Origin: the human T2T-CHM13v2.0 reference genome, Homo sapiens
Assembly (NCBI GenBank): GCA_009914755.4
Contig: CP068257.2
Coordinates: 43,360,001 to 43,424,000, forward strand
Reading direction: 5' to 3'
Length of the DNA: 64,000 bases
Shown here: piece by piece, positions 24,201-39,097 of the stretch
Layout of the letters: every line of letters begins with the position of its first letter
Numbering within the stretch: position 1 is the first letter of the stretch
Notes under the pieces: model-generated
What the model saw: the letters and a program-made list of their open reading frames with translations, nothing else
What the model was told of the DNA's origin: nothing
Databases searched by the model: none
Position numbers and translations under genes: made by a program

Positions 24201-25339
24201 AGCGACCGGTGGAGCCTGTCAGAGCCCTGGGGCCAGGCCACCCAAACGCTGTGAGGTGGGGACAATGATAGAAGGGCCAGCACAGCACTCACTAAGAGAC
24301 AATTGTAGTTCGTACATTTATAAAGAAAAGCCGGCCTCACACTGTGCACCCACCCCGTGACAAGACGCTTTTTCGTTTATGTCATGTAGCCATCGTGCAG
24401 AGCGTTTCTCCCGGGGCCTCGGGATGGGGCATCGTTGATTTCACCAGAGCCCCCGCACCCCATGTAAGGGGGCAGAAGGCCATGTGTAAGGGGGCAGAGG
24501 CCTTTTCCTGCCTCCACCTACCACACCCCAGGTCCCAGTGGGGAGCCCTCCCAGCACCAGGGGTCTTACACACACACAGAGGACTTCTATTTATGGCAGA
24601 TCAGGGAACTTGGTTCCCTTCCCATCACTCCCACTGGAAGCAGAAAGTGCTGAGTGAAACACAAAACACACACAGTGTTTTCTCAGACACACGAGTGAGC
24701 TGGCAGGTGAGAAATGAACTCAGAAGCTGTAGCTGGCGCGTGGGCAGGAACCTGGAGGGCTGAGGGGAGCTCTGGGCTGGCTGGGCCTGCGAGGGCATTT
24801 ATTGGATTACAAACGTGAACTTGAGCTTGGCCTGGAGGCCCGGGTGGAAGACGGCACAGCTCAGGGCGGACTGAAGAAGGGCAGTCTGGAGGGAGACCCT
24901 GTCCACATAAAGAACCACAAGAGGCTGGGCTAGAACAGCATTCTCTGGCCCCCACCCCTGGGCACTATCCCTGATTTGGGCACGGAGTGGAGGAGAAACC
25001 CTCTCCCTAAAGATTTGTGACCACAAGCTGGCACTCATGAGGTCAGCCCCCAAAAGTCACACAACCTGGGGGTCCAAAGCCCAGGATTTAATGTGAGTTG
25101 GTTTGAGACTGGTCAGGATTGCAGCAAACACAAGTTCTCTGTGGGAGAAACCAGGTCAACCCACACCTCAAGGCATTGCCGCACACATGTGGACCCATCG
25201 CGGAAACTCACAAAGCACACCAGGACTCAAGGCACATGGCGAGCTGGAAGCACACAGGCAGCAGAGCGTGGCTCACAGATCCTGCAGCTGTGGGATTTCC
25301 AGGGCAGAGGATATAACTCAGATGTGCTTAAGTAAGTAA

Positions 25340-26603
<1,264 letters not shown>

Positions 26604-26662
26604 TCATATCTTAGTGGTGAAGTCTTGGAAGCATTCCCCCTTTTTAATTCTCATTTGATTAC

Positions 26663-27862
26663 TTTTTTTTTCTTCAACTTTTATTTTAAGTTCTGGGTAC
26701 ATTTGCAGGATGTACAGGTTTGTTACATAGGCAAATGTGTGCCATGGTGGTTTACTGCACCTATCAATCCATCACCTAGGTATTAAGCCCAGCATGTGTT
26801 AGCTATTCTTCCTGATGCTCTCTCTCCCCTCATCCCGCCACCAACAGGACCCCATGTGTGTTGTTCCCCCGATGTGTCCATGTGTTCTCATCATTCAGCT
26901 CCCACATATAAATGAGAACATGTGGTGTTTGGTTTTCTGTTCCTGCATTAGCTTGCTGAGGATAATGGCTTCCAGCTCCATCCATGTGCCTGCAAAGGAC
27001 ATGATCTCTTTCCTTTTTATGGCTGCATAGTATTCCATGGTGTATATGGATGACGTTTTCCTTATCCAGTCTATCATGGATGAGCATTCAAGTTGATTCC
27101 ATGTCTTTGCTATTGTGAATAGTGCTGGGTCAATTGGTGCTTCTGCCTGTAGGTCTTCAAGGAATCGCCACACTGTCTTCCACAATGGTTGAACTAATTT
27201 ACACCCCACCAACAGTGTAAAAGCGTTCCTATTTCTCCACAACCTCATCAGCATCTGTTGTTTTTTGACTTTTTAGTAATAGCCATTCTGACTGGTGTCA
27301 GATGGTATCTCGTTGTGGTTTTGATTTCTCTAATGATCAGTGATGTTGAGCTTTTTTTGTGTGTGTTTGTTGGCCCCGCATGTATGTCTTCTTTTGAGAA
27401 GCATCTCTTCATGTCCTTTGCCCACTTTTTAATGGGATTGTTTTGTTTTTTCTCATAAATTTGTATAAGTTCCTTTTAGACTCTGGATATTAGACATTTG
27501 TCAGATGGATAGATTGCAAAAATTTTCTCCCCTTCTGTAAGTTGTCTTTTCACTCTGATGATAGTGTCTTTTGTTGTGCAGAAGCTCTTTAGTTAGATCC
27601 CATTTGTCAATTTTTTTCTTTTGTTGCCATTGCTTTTGGCATTTTCATCATGAAATCTTTGCCTGTGCCTATGTCCTGAATGGCATCGCCTAGATTTTCT
27701 TCTAGGGTTTTTATAGTTTTGGGTTTTACATGTAAGTCTTTAATCCATCTCAAGTTAATTTTTGTATATGGTGTAAGGAAAGGATCCAGTTTCAATTTTC
27801 TGCATATGGCTAGCCAGTTCTCCCAGCACCATTTGTTAAATAGGGACTCTTTTCCCCATTAG
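26663..27862 (-). mobile_element. L1 (L1P-type), 3' 1.2 kb: ORF2 C-terminus plus 3'UTR, antisense, 5'-truncated
   Basis: Minus-strand ORFs 26895..27254 (…LVQPLWKTVWRFLEDL…IDPALFTIAKTWNQLECSSMIDWIRK…YTMEYYAAIKRKEIMSFAGTWMELEAIILSKLMQEQKTKHHMFSFICGS) and 27607..27795 ([36 protein letters not shown]…) are L1 ORF2p C-terminal sequence. The 3' end, poly-T at 26663 followed by caacttttattttaagttctgggtacatttgcaggatgtacaggtttgttacatagg, is the reverse complement of the L1 3' terminus. Confidence 0.9.
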
Positions 27863-30338
27863 AAGCATTCCCCTTAAGATCAGGAGCAAGGCAGGGTGCC
27901 CACTGTCATCATTCTAGTCCACACTGTACAAGGCCTAGGAAAGGGTCACAGGAAAGACAAGAAAAAGAAATGAAAGGGGCTTAAAAAGATAGAGTGTCCA
28001 TTTCTAGATAGAATGTCAACACACCAGGGCTGGGATCAGGGGCTCCACCCTCTTATCCTGCTGTGCAGTCGTCCTCAATATGTGGTTGCTAACTCCTAGT
28101 CTAGGATGGCCGCCCATGTGCCAGCCATCATGCTTGTCTTCCAGCCAACCGTAGAGAGGTAAATGAAAAGGAGGTATACCTCCTTCTCCCTGTTAGGACA
28201 TTACTAGTGAGGCCTAGACCACTTTTACTTCCATCCCACTAGCCAGAGTATAATTGTATTGTTGGAGTTAGAATCCATCGTTTCTGGATGGCCCAAGTCC
28301 TTAACAAACGGAGGATGGGACGGGGGACCATTAGCTCAGCCTGGAGACAAACACACGGAACTGAAGGAAAAGCCCAGGCAGTGGGCAGACTGGTGGCCAA
28401 GCCAAGACCTGAGGTCCTCTCTCCCTGCGGGGAGCTGTGCTGGGCCGCCATTGTCTGCCACCATCCATGGCCTGCGCAGGCCTCCAGCCCCTCGGAGGCT
28501 AGTTCAGGAGGCTGGGGACAGCCTTGTTCGTTGATGGCACCTGGAGCAACGTGAGGGGTGCATGAGCACTGGCCGGGTTGTAGGACACCGAGTGACGTTG
28601 TGCCCCAGCGTCACTGGGAGAGATGCTGGAGCAGCGGTTTTGCCTTGCGGAGCTGTGTATTGGCGGGGAGGGCTTCTAGAAAATGTGCAGAGCACAGTTG
28701 GATTTTGTTATAAATTTCAGCAGGGATATTTTTAGCTCAAGGACTCAGGAGAAACCTGACTGTGCAGCCCCAAAGTCCCGAAGGTGCCGTCATAGCCTGG
28801 ACACCGGCTGCACAGGCTCCACTGGGTCCAGGCAGCCGCCTTTGGGAGGGCCAAGCTCTAGGTCTTGAGGGGAGTTGAGGCCGCACAGCTCCTGTTATGG
28901 GCTTCGTGCGCCCTGGAAGGTTTTCCCTGCTGGGCACAGGGACCGCTGGGCCACAGTGAGGCACTGGCTCTACATTTAAGCCATGAGGATGTTGGGGCTA
29001 CACTTGCTGCAGAAAGAAACAGACATTGCGCAGGGGACATGGCACTGGAGTCTGGCCTGCGCTGTGGCTGGGTGACAGCGCACAGGTCATCAGGGCCTCT
29101 GGAGTGGATATGGTCATTCCTGCAGGGGAGAGGACAGCGTGAGACGTGCCCATGGGAGGCACCTGTATTTCACTGAACGCCTTTCAGACAGTCTCAGAGA
29201 GATGGAAGAGCTGACAGCGTCTTCCAGAGGGAGTGGGGACGGGGTGGCCATCTGGCGGCCACGCCGGGCCTTGGCTTTCTTCGAGTTTCGGTAGAAGAAT
29301 CCTCTGACCCCACCACAGGTCCAGCCCAGGCAGGGTCTCTGTGATGGTGGAGCCAGGAGGCCGTGACCTTGCAGATTTCTCCTCAAGCTCATTTGTAAGG
29401 AGGGAGTGGCCAGAGGACTGGAGGATGTTTTGCCATGGATGGGGCCTGCACAATAAATAGGCAGCTCTTGGAGGAAACGTGAGGTTTCATCCAGCAGACC
29501 CCCCAAGCCACTGCATCTAACGTCTGTCCTGCAGCTGGGGGAGGGGTGGTGAACTCGTCCTGTCACAAGGCAGGGACCAGGCAGTGAGGAGGTGCTCCGG
29601 GCTGGGTGCCGAGAGAGCGGGTCCTTCTGGAAAGGGCTGTGGACACAGCAGGGAGGCTGGGCATTCAGGTTAAAGTCAAACCAGACCAGATGTGCAGAGA
29701 CTCTCAGGACGGACAGAGGGTCACACAGACACAGGGGCAGGAGTACTGAGCTGGGGCCTCCCCACCAAGCAGGGTCTCGGGCCGAGGGATCAGCCCTGGC
29801 AATGGAGCACGTGGGGAGAGTGCCTCCTCCCTGCACACATGGGCCCTGAGTCCACAGGGGCCACAAGATCCCCAGGCAGTGTGGCCCTGGCTTTCGGGAC
29901 CTGGGGCCTCCCCAGGCATGTACACCGGAATCCCCTGAGCACCGCCAACGACAGGTACCCCACACCCAGGAGGGCATGTGGATGAGGAGAGGGGCTCAGG
30001 CAGGGCCTTTGCTGAAACGCCCAGGGGTTAAGATTTGCTTGTAGATAAAAAAATCCCTATTCTAGGAACTTACCTGGGATACCTATCCATTAAGATATGT
30101 GCCCCTAATACTGTGTCAACACCTCACCTCATCTTTGTGGAGGGTCCTTGCCCCCTGAGGAGAGGGGAAGAGTTGAGCTGGGTGGGCCAGAGCCCCCTGT
30201 ACTCCTGGGTGCTCCCCAGCCTACACTCAGCTCTGGGTCCTGACCCTGTCTCCCTAGGCAGCCGGTTGCATCCCCTCTGTGCAGAATGTGAACCCCCAAG
30301 CAAGGCCCTGCTCCCCCTGGGCCCCAGAAGCCCCTGGG

Positions 30339-31114
30339 GGCCATAGGGTCCTGAGGAGTGACCGTCTGTCTGGGGGTCACAGCGTCCTGCGGAGGGACCG
30401 TCTGTCTGGGGGTCACAGGGTCCTGAGGAGGGACCGTCTGTCTGGGGGTCACAGGGTCCTGCGGAGGGACCGTCTGTCTGGGGGTCACAGCGTCCTGCGG
30501 AGGGACCGTCTGTCTGGGGGTCACAGCGTCCTGCGGAGGGACCGTCTGGGGGTCACAGGGTCCTGAGGAGTGACCGTCTGTCTGGGGGTCACAGCGTCCT
30601 GCGGAGTGACCGTCTGTCTGGGGGTCACAGCGTCCTGCGGAGGGACCGTCTGTCTGGGGGTCACAGGGTCCTGAGGAGGGACCGTCTGTCTGGGGGTCAC
30701 AGCGTCCTGCGGAGTGACCGTCTGTCTGGGGGTCACAGCGTCCTGCGGAGGGACCGTCTGTCTGGGGGTCACAGCGTCCTGCGGAGTGACCGTCTGTCTG
30801 GGGGTCACAGCGTCCTGCGGAGTGACCGTCTGTCTGGGGGTCACAGCGTCCTGCGGAGGGACCGTCTGTCTGGGGGTCACAGGGTCCTGAGGAGGGACCG
30901 TCTGTCTGGGGGTCACAGCGTCCTGCGGAGTGACCGTCTGTCTGGGGGTCACAGCGTCCTGCGGAGGGACCGTCTGTCTGGGGGTCACAGCGTCCTGAGG
31001 AGTGACCGTCTGTCTGGGGGTCACAGCGTCCTGCAGAGGGACCGTCTGTCTGGGGGTCACAGGGTCCTGCGGAGGGACCGTCTGTCTGGGGGTCACAGGG
31101 TCCTGTGGAGGGGC
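30339..31114. repeat. 36-bp minisatellite (VNTR), about 21 copies: ggtcacagSgtcctgMggagKgaccgtctgtctggg
   Basis: Read directly. There are two main unit variants (cagcgtcctgcggag / cagggtcctgaggag) and one copy lacks tgtct. Minus-strand ORFs give a 12-aa periodic VTPRQTVPPQDA translation, which is a repeat artefact. Confidence 0.95.
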
Positions 31115-31231
31115 CGCCTGCCTCTTCTGGCTTCTGGAGGTGCCTGGGGCTCCTTGGCTTGTGGCCACACTATCCCCATTCCTGCCTCTTAGTCTCTCAT
31201 AAGACTTGTCATTGGATCTAGGGCACCCTCA

Positions 31232-31546
<315 letters not shown>

Positions 31547-34500
31547 ATCCTTAACATAATGACCTCTGCAAAAACCCTATTTCCAAATAAGCCACATTGA
31601 CAGGTTCCAGGGTTACGGTGTGGACATCTTGAGGGGTCACCATTCAGCCCACTCCAGAGGGGTCCATTGAGCTGGGTCCTCTGCAGGGCTGTGGCCTGTG
31701 CTGGGTGGAGACAGTCCTGGGGTGCTGGAGGCAAGCGGGGCTTCACTCAGGGCTGTATCTGGCTGCCTCCGAATCGCAACAGAAGCTCAACAAGCCTGGA
31801 GCTCCCTCAGGGGGCTCAGTGGCCTCTGAGACCTCCCATCTTCCATTTTCCCCTAGAGCTGGCCATGCCTGGGGACTCTGACCATGGGCCCCAGAGAGCG
31901 CTGCTCCCCTTTGGCCAGCGACAGGGTGGCCAGGCCCAGGATCTGGAGGGAGAAAGCTGCTGGCCTTCTCCAGGGTGCAGCCTGGAGCTTCCCTGCTCTT
32001 CTGCAGCTGTGCTCAGCTACGCTCCAGGGCTGCGCTGATTTCCGCTGTCAGTGACTTAAGCCAGCGTCCACGGCCAATCAGCACAGCACTTCTGCCTGCT
32101 GCCTGCTGGGTTCAGACCAGGCTGGGTCTGGTCCCTGACGGAGGATGCAGTTCTCATCCTTCAAGCACAAGCCTACAGGCAGCCCCTTGTCACCGAGCGT
32201 GACCCTGCCTCAAGGCCTCCTCCTCCCTCTCTTGAGTGAGTGGAGCAGAGCTGGCCGTGGCCTCCCTGCCTCCGCTGAGCCCACCACCAGTGGGTTTTGT
32301 TCGGGGCTAATGAGGCGCGGGAAAGGCGGAAGGTGCCGGCGTGACAGCTCAGAAGATGGAACTAATGAGACCTTGTTGCTGGACAAAGGTGGCATTCAGG
32401 GTGTCCTTTTGGCCTCGGCCCCCGACTCCCAAACGGGCCCCTCTAATCACAGATGGTTCCCGGACCTGTCCCAGCAAAGGGTCCTGAAGCCCCGGCTTTG
32501 CTGTGCAGAGGCTCCTCCCAACCTGGGTTTAGCCAGGCGCCTCCTCGCCTGCCCCACCCCCTGCATCTGGTCACCTCACCCCTCCAGGCGCAGTTTTGAT
32601 GGAGAAAACCAGACGCTGTGGGAGCCCAGGCCGGCGTCTGAAGTCCGAGGTTCCAGGGGCCACAGAGCCCCGGCCTGGACTCACAGGGGAACTCCCTCAC
32701 GGCAGGTGGGCCTCCTGGGTCTTTGTCTTCCTCATCAATTGGCAATAGCTAATCAGTGGTGGATTTCTGCAGGTTTGGCAGCTGCTGCTCCATTTGAAAC
32801 AGCTTAAATGAGCTAAGAGCCAACTCAGCGGGTAAAACTGTAATCAGTGTACAAACAAATTGCACTTTCATTTAGTACATAAAGCACGGTAATGTTATGA
32901 GTGGATCAGAACTCACACGATTCAAGTTTACATTCAGAAGCCAGCAAAGCCGCTTTAGAATTACAAAGGGCAAGTTCCCAAGAGGTCTTGCTGAAATCTC
33001 AGCCTCTCCCCAAATGTTCATTTCCCACTTCCAACAACTCTCTAGAGTTTTGATGTGTGAATTGCCGAAACTTTTTAGGGCATTGCTTCTCCTGCTCCAG
33101 CAAGTGTGAGTCACTGAGTCCTGTGAAAATGCAGAATCGGATTCTGGCCTGGAGGGACCGTGTGTCTCTGAGCGTCTCACAGGGGTGCTGGTGCAGCCAC
33201 ACCATGCCCAGCATAGGCGCGCTGATCCTGAAAGCCCTTTGTGTCCTGGAAGCCCCTCCTGTTCGTGAAGGTTTGGAGAGAGGAGAAGGAAGTCCTGGGT
33301 TCCAGGGGCGGGGGGGCAGGGCGGGGTGCTGCAGACCAGGGGCAGCTGCGAGGGTCTCAGGGTGCAAAGCCATTCCCAGGGAACTGCAGACCTCACCGGG
33401 GCAGCCTGGCCTGCAGGGAGGTCCCAGGGGAGGCGACTGTGCTGGGCCAGGAAACCGCCTTCTCCTTCAGTGGAACACAATCCACACTCATGGCGGAAAA
33501 CACAGGAAATCCATAAAGACGCAAAAGGAAGCCACGAACACTCTCATTTATTTAAAATTGGACAACTTATTTGAAATTGTCTATAAGGCAGACATATCTG
33601 AGACGCCAGATGGGGGCTGAGCGTACCGAGTAAAGAGGGGCTGACCCCAGACTTCTGATAGACAGGAAAACAGCAGTTCCCCTAAACCTCTGGGGCCCGG
33701 GCCCCCGACACACAGGCTCCTCAGTACTCTCTAAAGTATGCAAGGAGCTCGCTTGAGCACCAGGGGCAAGAACCCAAGAATCTGGGGCTCCTGGTGCCTG
33801 AGACTCTGAAGGTTGGGGTGCATGAGACCAGGCTTCTCCCACCTCAAACCGAACAGCCTCAGAGGACGGGGTCAGAGGCTGGGGGCCAGGGTCTCTGTGG
33901 AACCTGAAGGAACGGAGAGAGGGAGGGAGAGAAGCACCTGAGCCCTTCCCAGCAGGCAGGGCTCCAGCCCTGTGACCCACCCGTGCCCTCAGCTCCAGCC
34001 AGGGCGGGGGCTCATCGGCCCCTGCCCGGAGCTCCCCCACAGTTTACAGGGCACACAATTACCATCCCCACCCAGCAGGAGCCGGAGTAGAGAAGCAGAA
34101 ATCCTTCCTTTGTTAATCATTTTCCATCAGAACTTCGTTTTGGCTTGGAAAGTAGGCCACGGCCAGGCTGCGGGGGGTGGGGAGGCCTGGACCCCCACGC
34201 GGCTGCTCTGAGCTCAGAAGGGTCAGCCGCCCAGTTGGAAGCGTTTTATTTTCTAACTCAAATACGTATTTATAGCAGAAGAGAGATGCTCCAAGGACGG
34301 GCTCCCTCCTGCCAGGAGCTGGAGCAACCCGGCCACTGTGCACACAGCTCTGGGGGAACGTCGCCTCACTGCCTGTCCTTGCCCCAGGCCCCTGCAGTGA
34401 CAGACGGGGGCTGGCTTTTCCCCGAGTGAAAGTTGTCAGAACCAAAATGGAGACACTTGTGCTAGAACCCTGGCAACGGAGCCGGAGGTGGCCACGAAGG

Positions 34501-35014
34501 GGGTTCTCACACACGAATGCCTGATAACAAGAACGGAAAGACTGTGAAAAAATCCACAACCTGGCACAAAGGCTGCTGCAACCTCGCACAGAAATTGCTC
34601 TGGAGGACATCGAGGTGCCAGGTGCTGCTGTCCAATCACACCTGGAGCCTCCCTTGCTGCTGGTCTTGGGGAGGCGGGCTCCAGCTCGAAAGGAGGCACA
34701 CAAAACTGCTGGGAAACGGGCCGGGCAGGCAGGGGCGGGGCCGGGCGGGTGAGGACATGGCTTCTGTGCGCACGGCCCGGCGCGATGGCTGGTGTGGACC
34801 CCTACCTTTGGAACACGTGGGGCCAGGCCGAGGGGGTTCCGCCACGTCTCCTGGGCAGAGCGCCAGCCTCAGTCACCGTGTCACTGTGTGTCCCTCCACA
34901 CCCCGAGTCCTGGCAAACCAAGGCAGTGCAGGAGGACGCCTGGTGCCCAGGGTGATGGACATGGGTAGCACATGGGCCCCATGTGTCCGGGAGCCTGGGG
35001 CCTGGTGCACCAGG

Positions 35015-35196
35015 TCTCAGCTCCTTCCCACCGTGGGTTCTGGGCCAGTTGCAGGCAGAGAACAGAGCGGGTGCCTGGCTCAAGCCGGCCAGTGTCTCCC
35101 CCATGTCTCAGCTCCTTCCCACCGTGGGTTCTGGGCCAGTTGCAGGCAGAGAACAGAGCGGGTGCCTGGCTCAAGCCGGCCAGTGTCTCCCCCATG
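35015..35196. repeat. Perfect 91-bp tandem duplication (x2)
   Basis: tctcagctccttcccaccgtgggttctgggccagttgcaggcagagaacagagcgggtgcctggctcaagccggccagtgtctcccccatg occurs twice with no mismatches. Confidence 0.95.
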
Positions 35197-36802
35197 TCTG
35201 AGCCCAAGACCCGAGACACGGCCCCCACTGAGACTGGGGGTGGCTCTGGGCACCAATCTCGTGTGTGGGGGCCCCCCACCGCCCACCCCCGCCCAGTCTC
35301 CAGGGGTTGTCTGGGGCACTTTGCCCTCCCCAAGGCCCCCCACGCCCATTCCTCTTTGAGCCCCGTGCCCCTGAGTGTGCCGGGCAGTCCCTGGGAGCCC
35401 TGTGGTGATGGCAGCCACACCTCCCGGCCCTGCTCAGAGTCAGGGGTGCCCTTCAGGATGGGCTAGCCGCAGCCCATGGACCCTGCCTCCTGGGGGGCCG
35501 CCCCCCAACACGCTTCACCGCCGCCGCGCCCTGCCCCCGGGGCAGCTTTCAGGACTGTTTGTCACCAAGGCCAGTGGTTGCAAAACAAGTGGGGCCTGAA
35601 TTTATAGGAACTTAGAATTTCTCCAGGGCAGAAGGTTGAATAAATGCAGGGGAACGTCAGGGGCAGATGAGGGGAACGTCAGTGGCAGAGCTGACGCGGG
35701 TTCCCTCCCTCTCTCCTGGCCGTGGACCCTCGCTTGCAGAGAGGGGCCGGCCCGCGCACCCCCGGCTTCCGAAGCTTGTCTCCAGTGACTTATTCTCGTC
35801 TGTGCAGCGGCCAATTCTGAGTTTGGGGCAGGAGCCCTGGGTGGCCCCTCAGATCCCTGCAGGCGTCCCTCGAGTCCGCCGGCCCTGTCTGCCGGAGCAG
35901 CTGGGCTTTGCTCTTCGCAGATAAAGCTCCTGGCACCCGTTCCATGCTCCTCGGGTTTGTTCTTTATTTTAAATCCTTTAAAGTAAAAATCTCTGTCTCT
36001 CTCCCTCCGTCTTTCTCTCTCTCATTATCAACTTTTCTGCTCTCAGAAGCCCTTTTGATCTGGAGCCTTGAGATGCTCTGTCACTTAGAGACAAGCCCCC
36101 TGCTTCTCTTTTTGACTTCTGTCCTTCCCTGTCCGTCCTCTCCCACGTGGCCCTCAGTGGCCCCGCTAACCTGGCCCTGGCCCTGGCTTCCAGGTCTCTT
36201 GGCTGGCCTTTTGCATTCATCACTTTACATTTTTCCATTTTGAGTCCCAGGAAGATTTATCAACTTCTCCTCAAATTCCCGAGTTCACCACCAGAAACCA
36301 AAGTTGCCGTTTCATTTTCGGGCTGTTGCCACGAGACCTGCAGGCTCCAGCACCCACGAGGCCCATGGCCACTGGGAGGGACATTGGTGTTCCCAGGGTG
36401 TGAGGGCACCTTGGCCGGCATGGCGGGGACACGGGGTCATGCCCACCATGCTGGTTCTGCTGATGCCATGGGCCTCTGAGTACTCACTGCCCTGGGTGTG
36501 CGGGGCTCGGTGCGGGGAAGAAGAAAGTTTAGCACGAGCGATCGGGGTGGCCAAGAGCCTGGCATGCACAGCCCTGTTCGGGAGCAGTGTCTGTTTTCTT
36601 GTCTGAGCAGTGCTTTGCAGTGGGATTTGCAGCCGCAAAAGTTCTTGGCTAAGACGCTTGTGTCTTAGGAAATGTTGGGTTGCACGTTTATTTTTAGCTT
36701 CAGGAATGTGACACTTGATATTATTTGGGTTTTTGAGAGGGCCAATCCTGGAACACTCTTGCCTAAAAGTGAAGGTGACAGCTCCACATTGGAAGATGCA
36801 AG

Positions 36803-36902
36803 CTGTCCTGCTCTATCCTGCTCTGTCCTGTCCTGCTCTATCCTGCTCTGTCCTGTCCTGTCCTGTCCTGTCCTGCTCTGTCCTGTCCTGCTCTGTCCTG
36901 CC
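36803..36902. repeat. Simple repeat (CTGTCCTG / CTCTATCCTG)n
   Basis: ctgtcctgctctatcctgctctgtcctgtcctgctctatcctgctctgtcctgtcctgtcctgtcctgtcctgctctgtcctg... Confidence 0.9.
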
Positions 36903-38610
36903 AGGGTGGGAGTCACGGTCGCACATCCTCTCACTCTCAGGGCCTGAGTAGCTGGGAGGCAGGGAAGGGACCATCGGGGAGGGGCCGCAGGGGTCCTGGC
37001 GGGTGCCTGGCTGGCCCAGGGTGGCTCAGGGACAGGCGGTGCGGAGGACGTGCGTTCTGGGGTGTGCAGAAGGTGGAGGTGGGAGGGCTTATTGGGGATT
37101 AGAGGTGGTGCAAGATAAAGATAGGGGTCAGGAAGGGCTCCAGACTCCGGCCTGAGCCACAGGAGGCCGGGGTGGCATCAGCTGAGCCCCAAGCCCACAG
37201 GAGACAGCCCTGACATATGGGTCGGGGGGCTCAAGGTGTCTCTAACAGTCCAACAGCAACACAGTGGCTCCGAGGAGGTGGACGTCTGAGTGGCTGCTCC
37301 AGGCTGCCGGGCAGCCCTGCTCCTCTTACCTCAGGGCCAGGCCTCCTCCGCCTTGATGTCTCCCCTGGAAACCCCAGGACCACATCCAAAGAGCAGAGCT
37401 TTGGGAAAGGGGAAAGAGAGCATGGAGGGGTCAACTCAACCACAGGGTCCTCAGGGGCCCTCCCGGTCACGATCCTCATCGTGGGAGCAGCCCTGCCCCA
37501 CCCTCCACAGGCAGGTGACCTGGAGGGGTTTGCTGTTCCATGGAAGAGCCCCTGGGTGCTGAGCATGCATCTGAAGTTCAAGGGCGAGCCTGGGCTACAG
37601 GAGGATCTGTGGGCATCCATGCTGGGAGGGAAGCGTGGAGACAGGGGCCGTGGGACATCTTCCTGGATTTCAGAGGGAAAAGCCTCCCCAAGCTGCTGCC
37701 CTTGCTGTGGGAAGGAGAATTTACCTGTGTCCTGTGGCCAGCAGGGACTACTTGTGAGGTCGGTGGAGTTGTTGGGCCACACCCCGGTCATTGCAACCTT
37801 GGTACCCAAGGCAGCTCTTCCCTGGGAGGCCTCCTGAGCCCTTCAGCCCTGATACGTTTTGCACATTCTTAAAACACCTTAGCTGTGGCATGCGGGTCCT
37901 ACACTCCCCCAACCCTGTCGTCTATCAGTGACACGTCTACCCCTTTGATTGATGTCCTCAGCCCTGGGCCTCCGAGTTCAGCGTCTTCATGTCCCAGCAG
38001 CCAGCCCTGAGGCAGGTGCATGAGAGGCCCTTGGTACATGCTTGTGCAGTTGAATTTTTAAAAATGAGTGTGGCCCCCTCGGAAGTTCATGGAATAAAAC
38101 TGTTATCTGGGGGTGGGGGGTGATTTGTTTGAGGCTATTTAGTGGCAGAGTTGGAATTTAAACCATGATTTTTCTACTAAACAATTCTAAATTGCCTCTC
38201 AGGCACTGTTGGGAATGGGGACTGGGTTCTCCCAGATACTTAATGCTTTAGAGCTGGAAGAATTTTCAAAAATTATAGTTAACTGAATTTTGAAGAGGTC
38301 CATGGAGATACCAGATTTGTGTCACAAGAAGGGAGTTTTCCAAAGAAAAGGAGCAACTGGAGAGCAAGAAAGAGTCTGAGATTTGAAATGTGATTTTCAA
38401 ATTCAATGGGAAGCCTGGAATTCAATGGGCACCCTGGAAGATAAAGAGGAAGAAATTTCCTAAAATGCAGAGAAAATAGACAAATACATGGGCATATGAA
38501 AGAAAACTTAAGAAGTACAGAGGCTTAATCCAGGCACTCCAGACACCACCTAATAAAAGTTCCAGGATGATAAAATAGAAAACTTGAGTGAGGAACTACT
38601 AAAATAATTA

Positions 38611-38802
<192 letters not shown>

Positions 38803-38962
38803 GAATAAGAGAAAATTTCCCAGGGTTGAAGAATTGCAGTCAGTCTGAAAGACCCAAAGTGTCCTAAACAGGATGAAGGACAGGGCACCGTACCTGGCAC
38901 ACCTGCTAAAATGTCAGACTATCAAACATAAAGAGAAAATCCTAAAAGCCCAGCAAGAGAAA

Positions 38963-39097
38963 GAACAAGCTACCACAGAGGCATGAGGATCACACTGGCA
39001 TTTGGCTTCTTGTTGCTGATGTTAGAAGAACAAGCTACTACAGAGGCATGAGAACCACACTGGCATTTGGCTTCTCATTGGTGTTGCTGATGTTAGG
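38963..39097. repeat. About 65-bp tandem duplication x2
   Basis: gaacaagctacYacagaggcatgagRaYcacactggcatttggcttct...ttgctgatgttag occurs twice. Confidence 0.75.

Noticed and set aside
30521-31168. 215-aa minus-strand ORF with a perfect 12-aa periodicity (VTPRQTVPPQDA) that could be read as a repeat protein
   Set aside because: The periodicity is simply the 36-bp VNTR read in frame. All three frames on both strands give periodic peptides, the ORF ends where the array ends, and there is no upstream exon or promoter logic.
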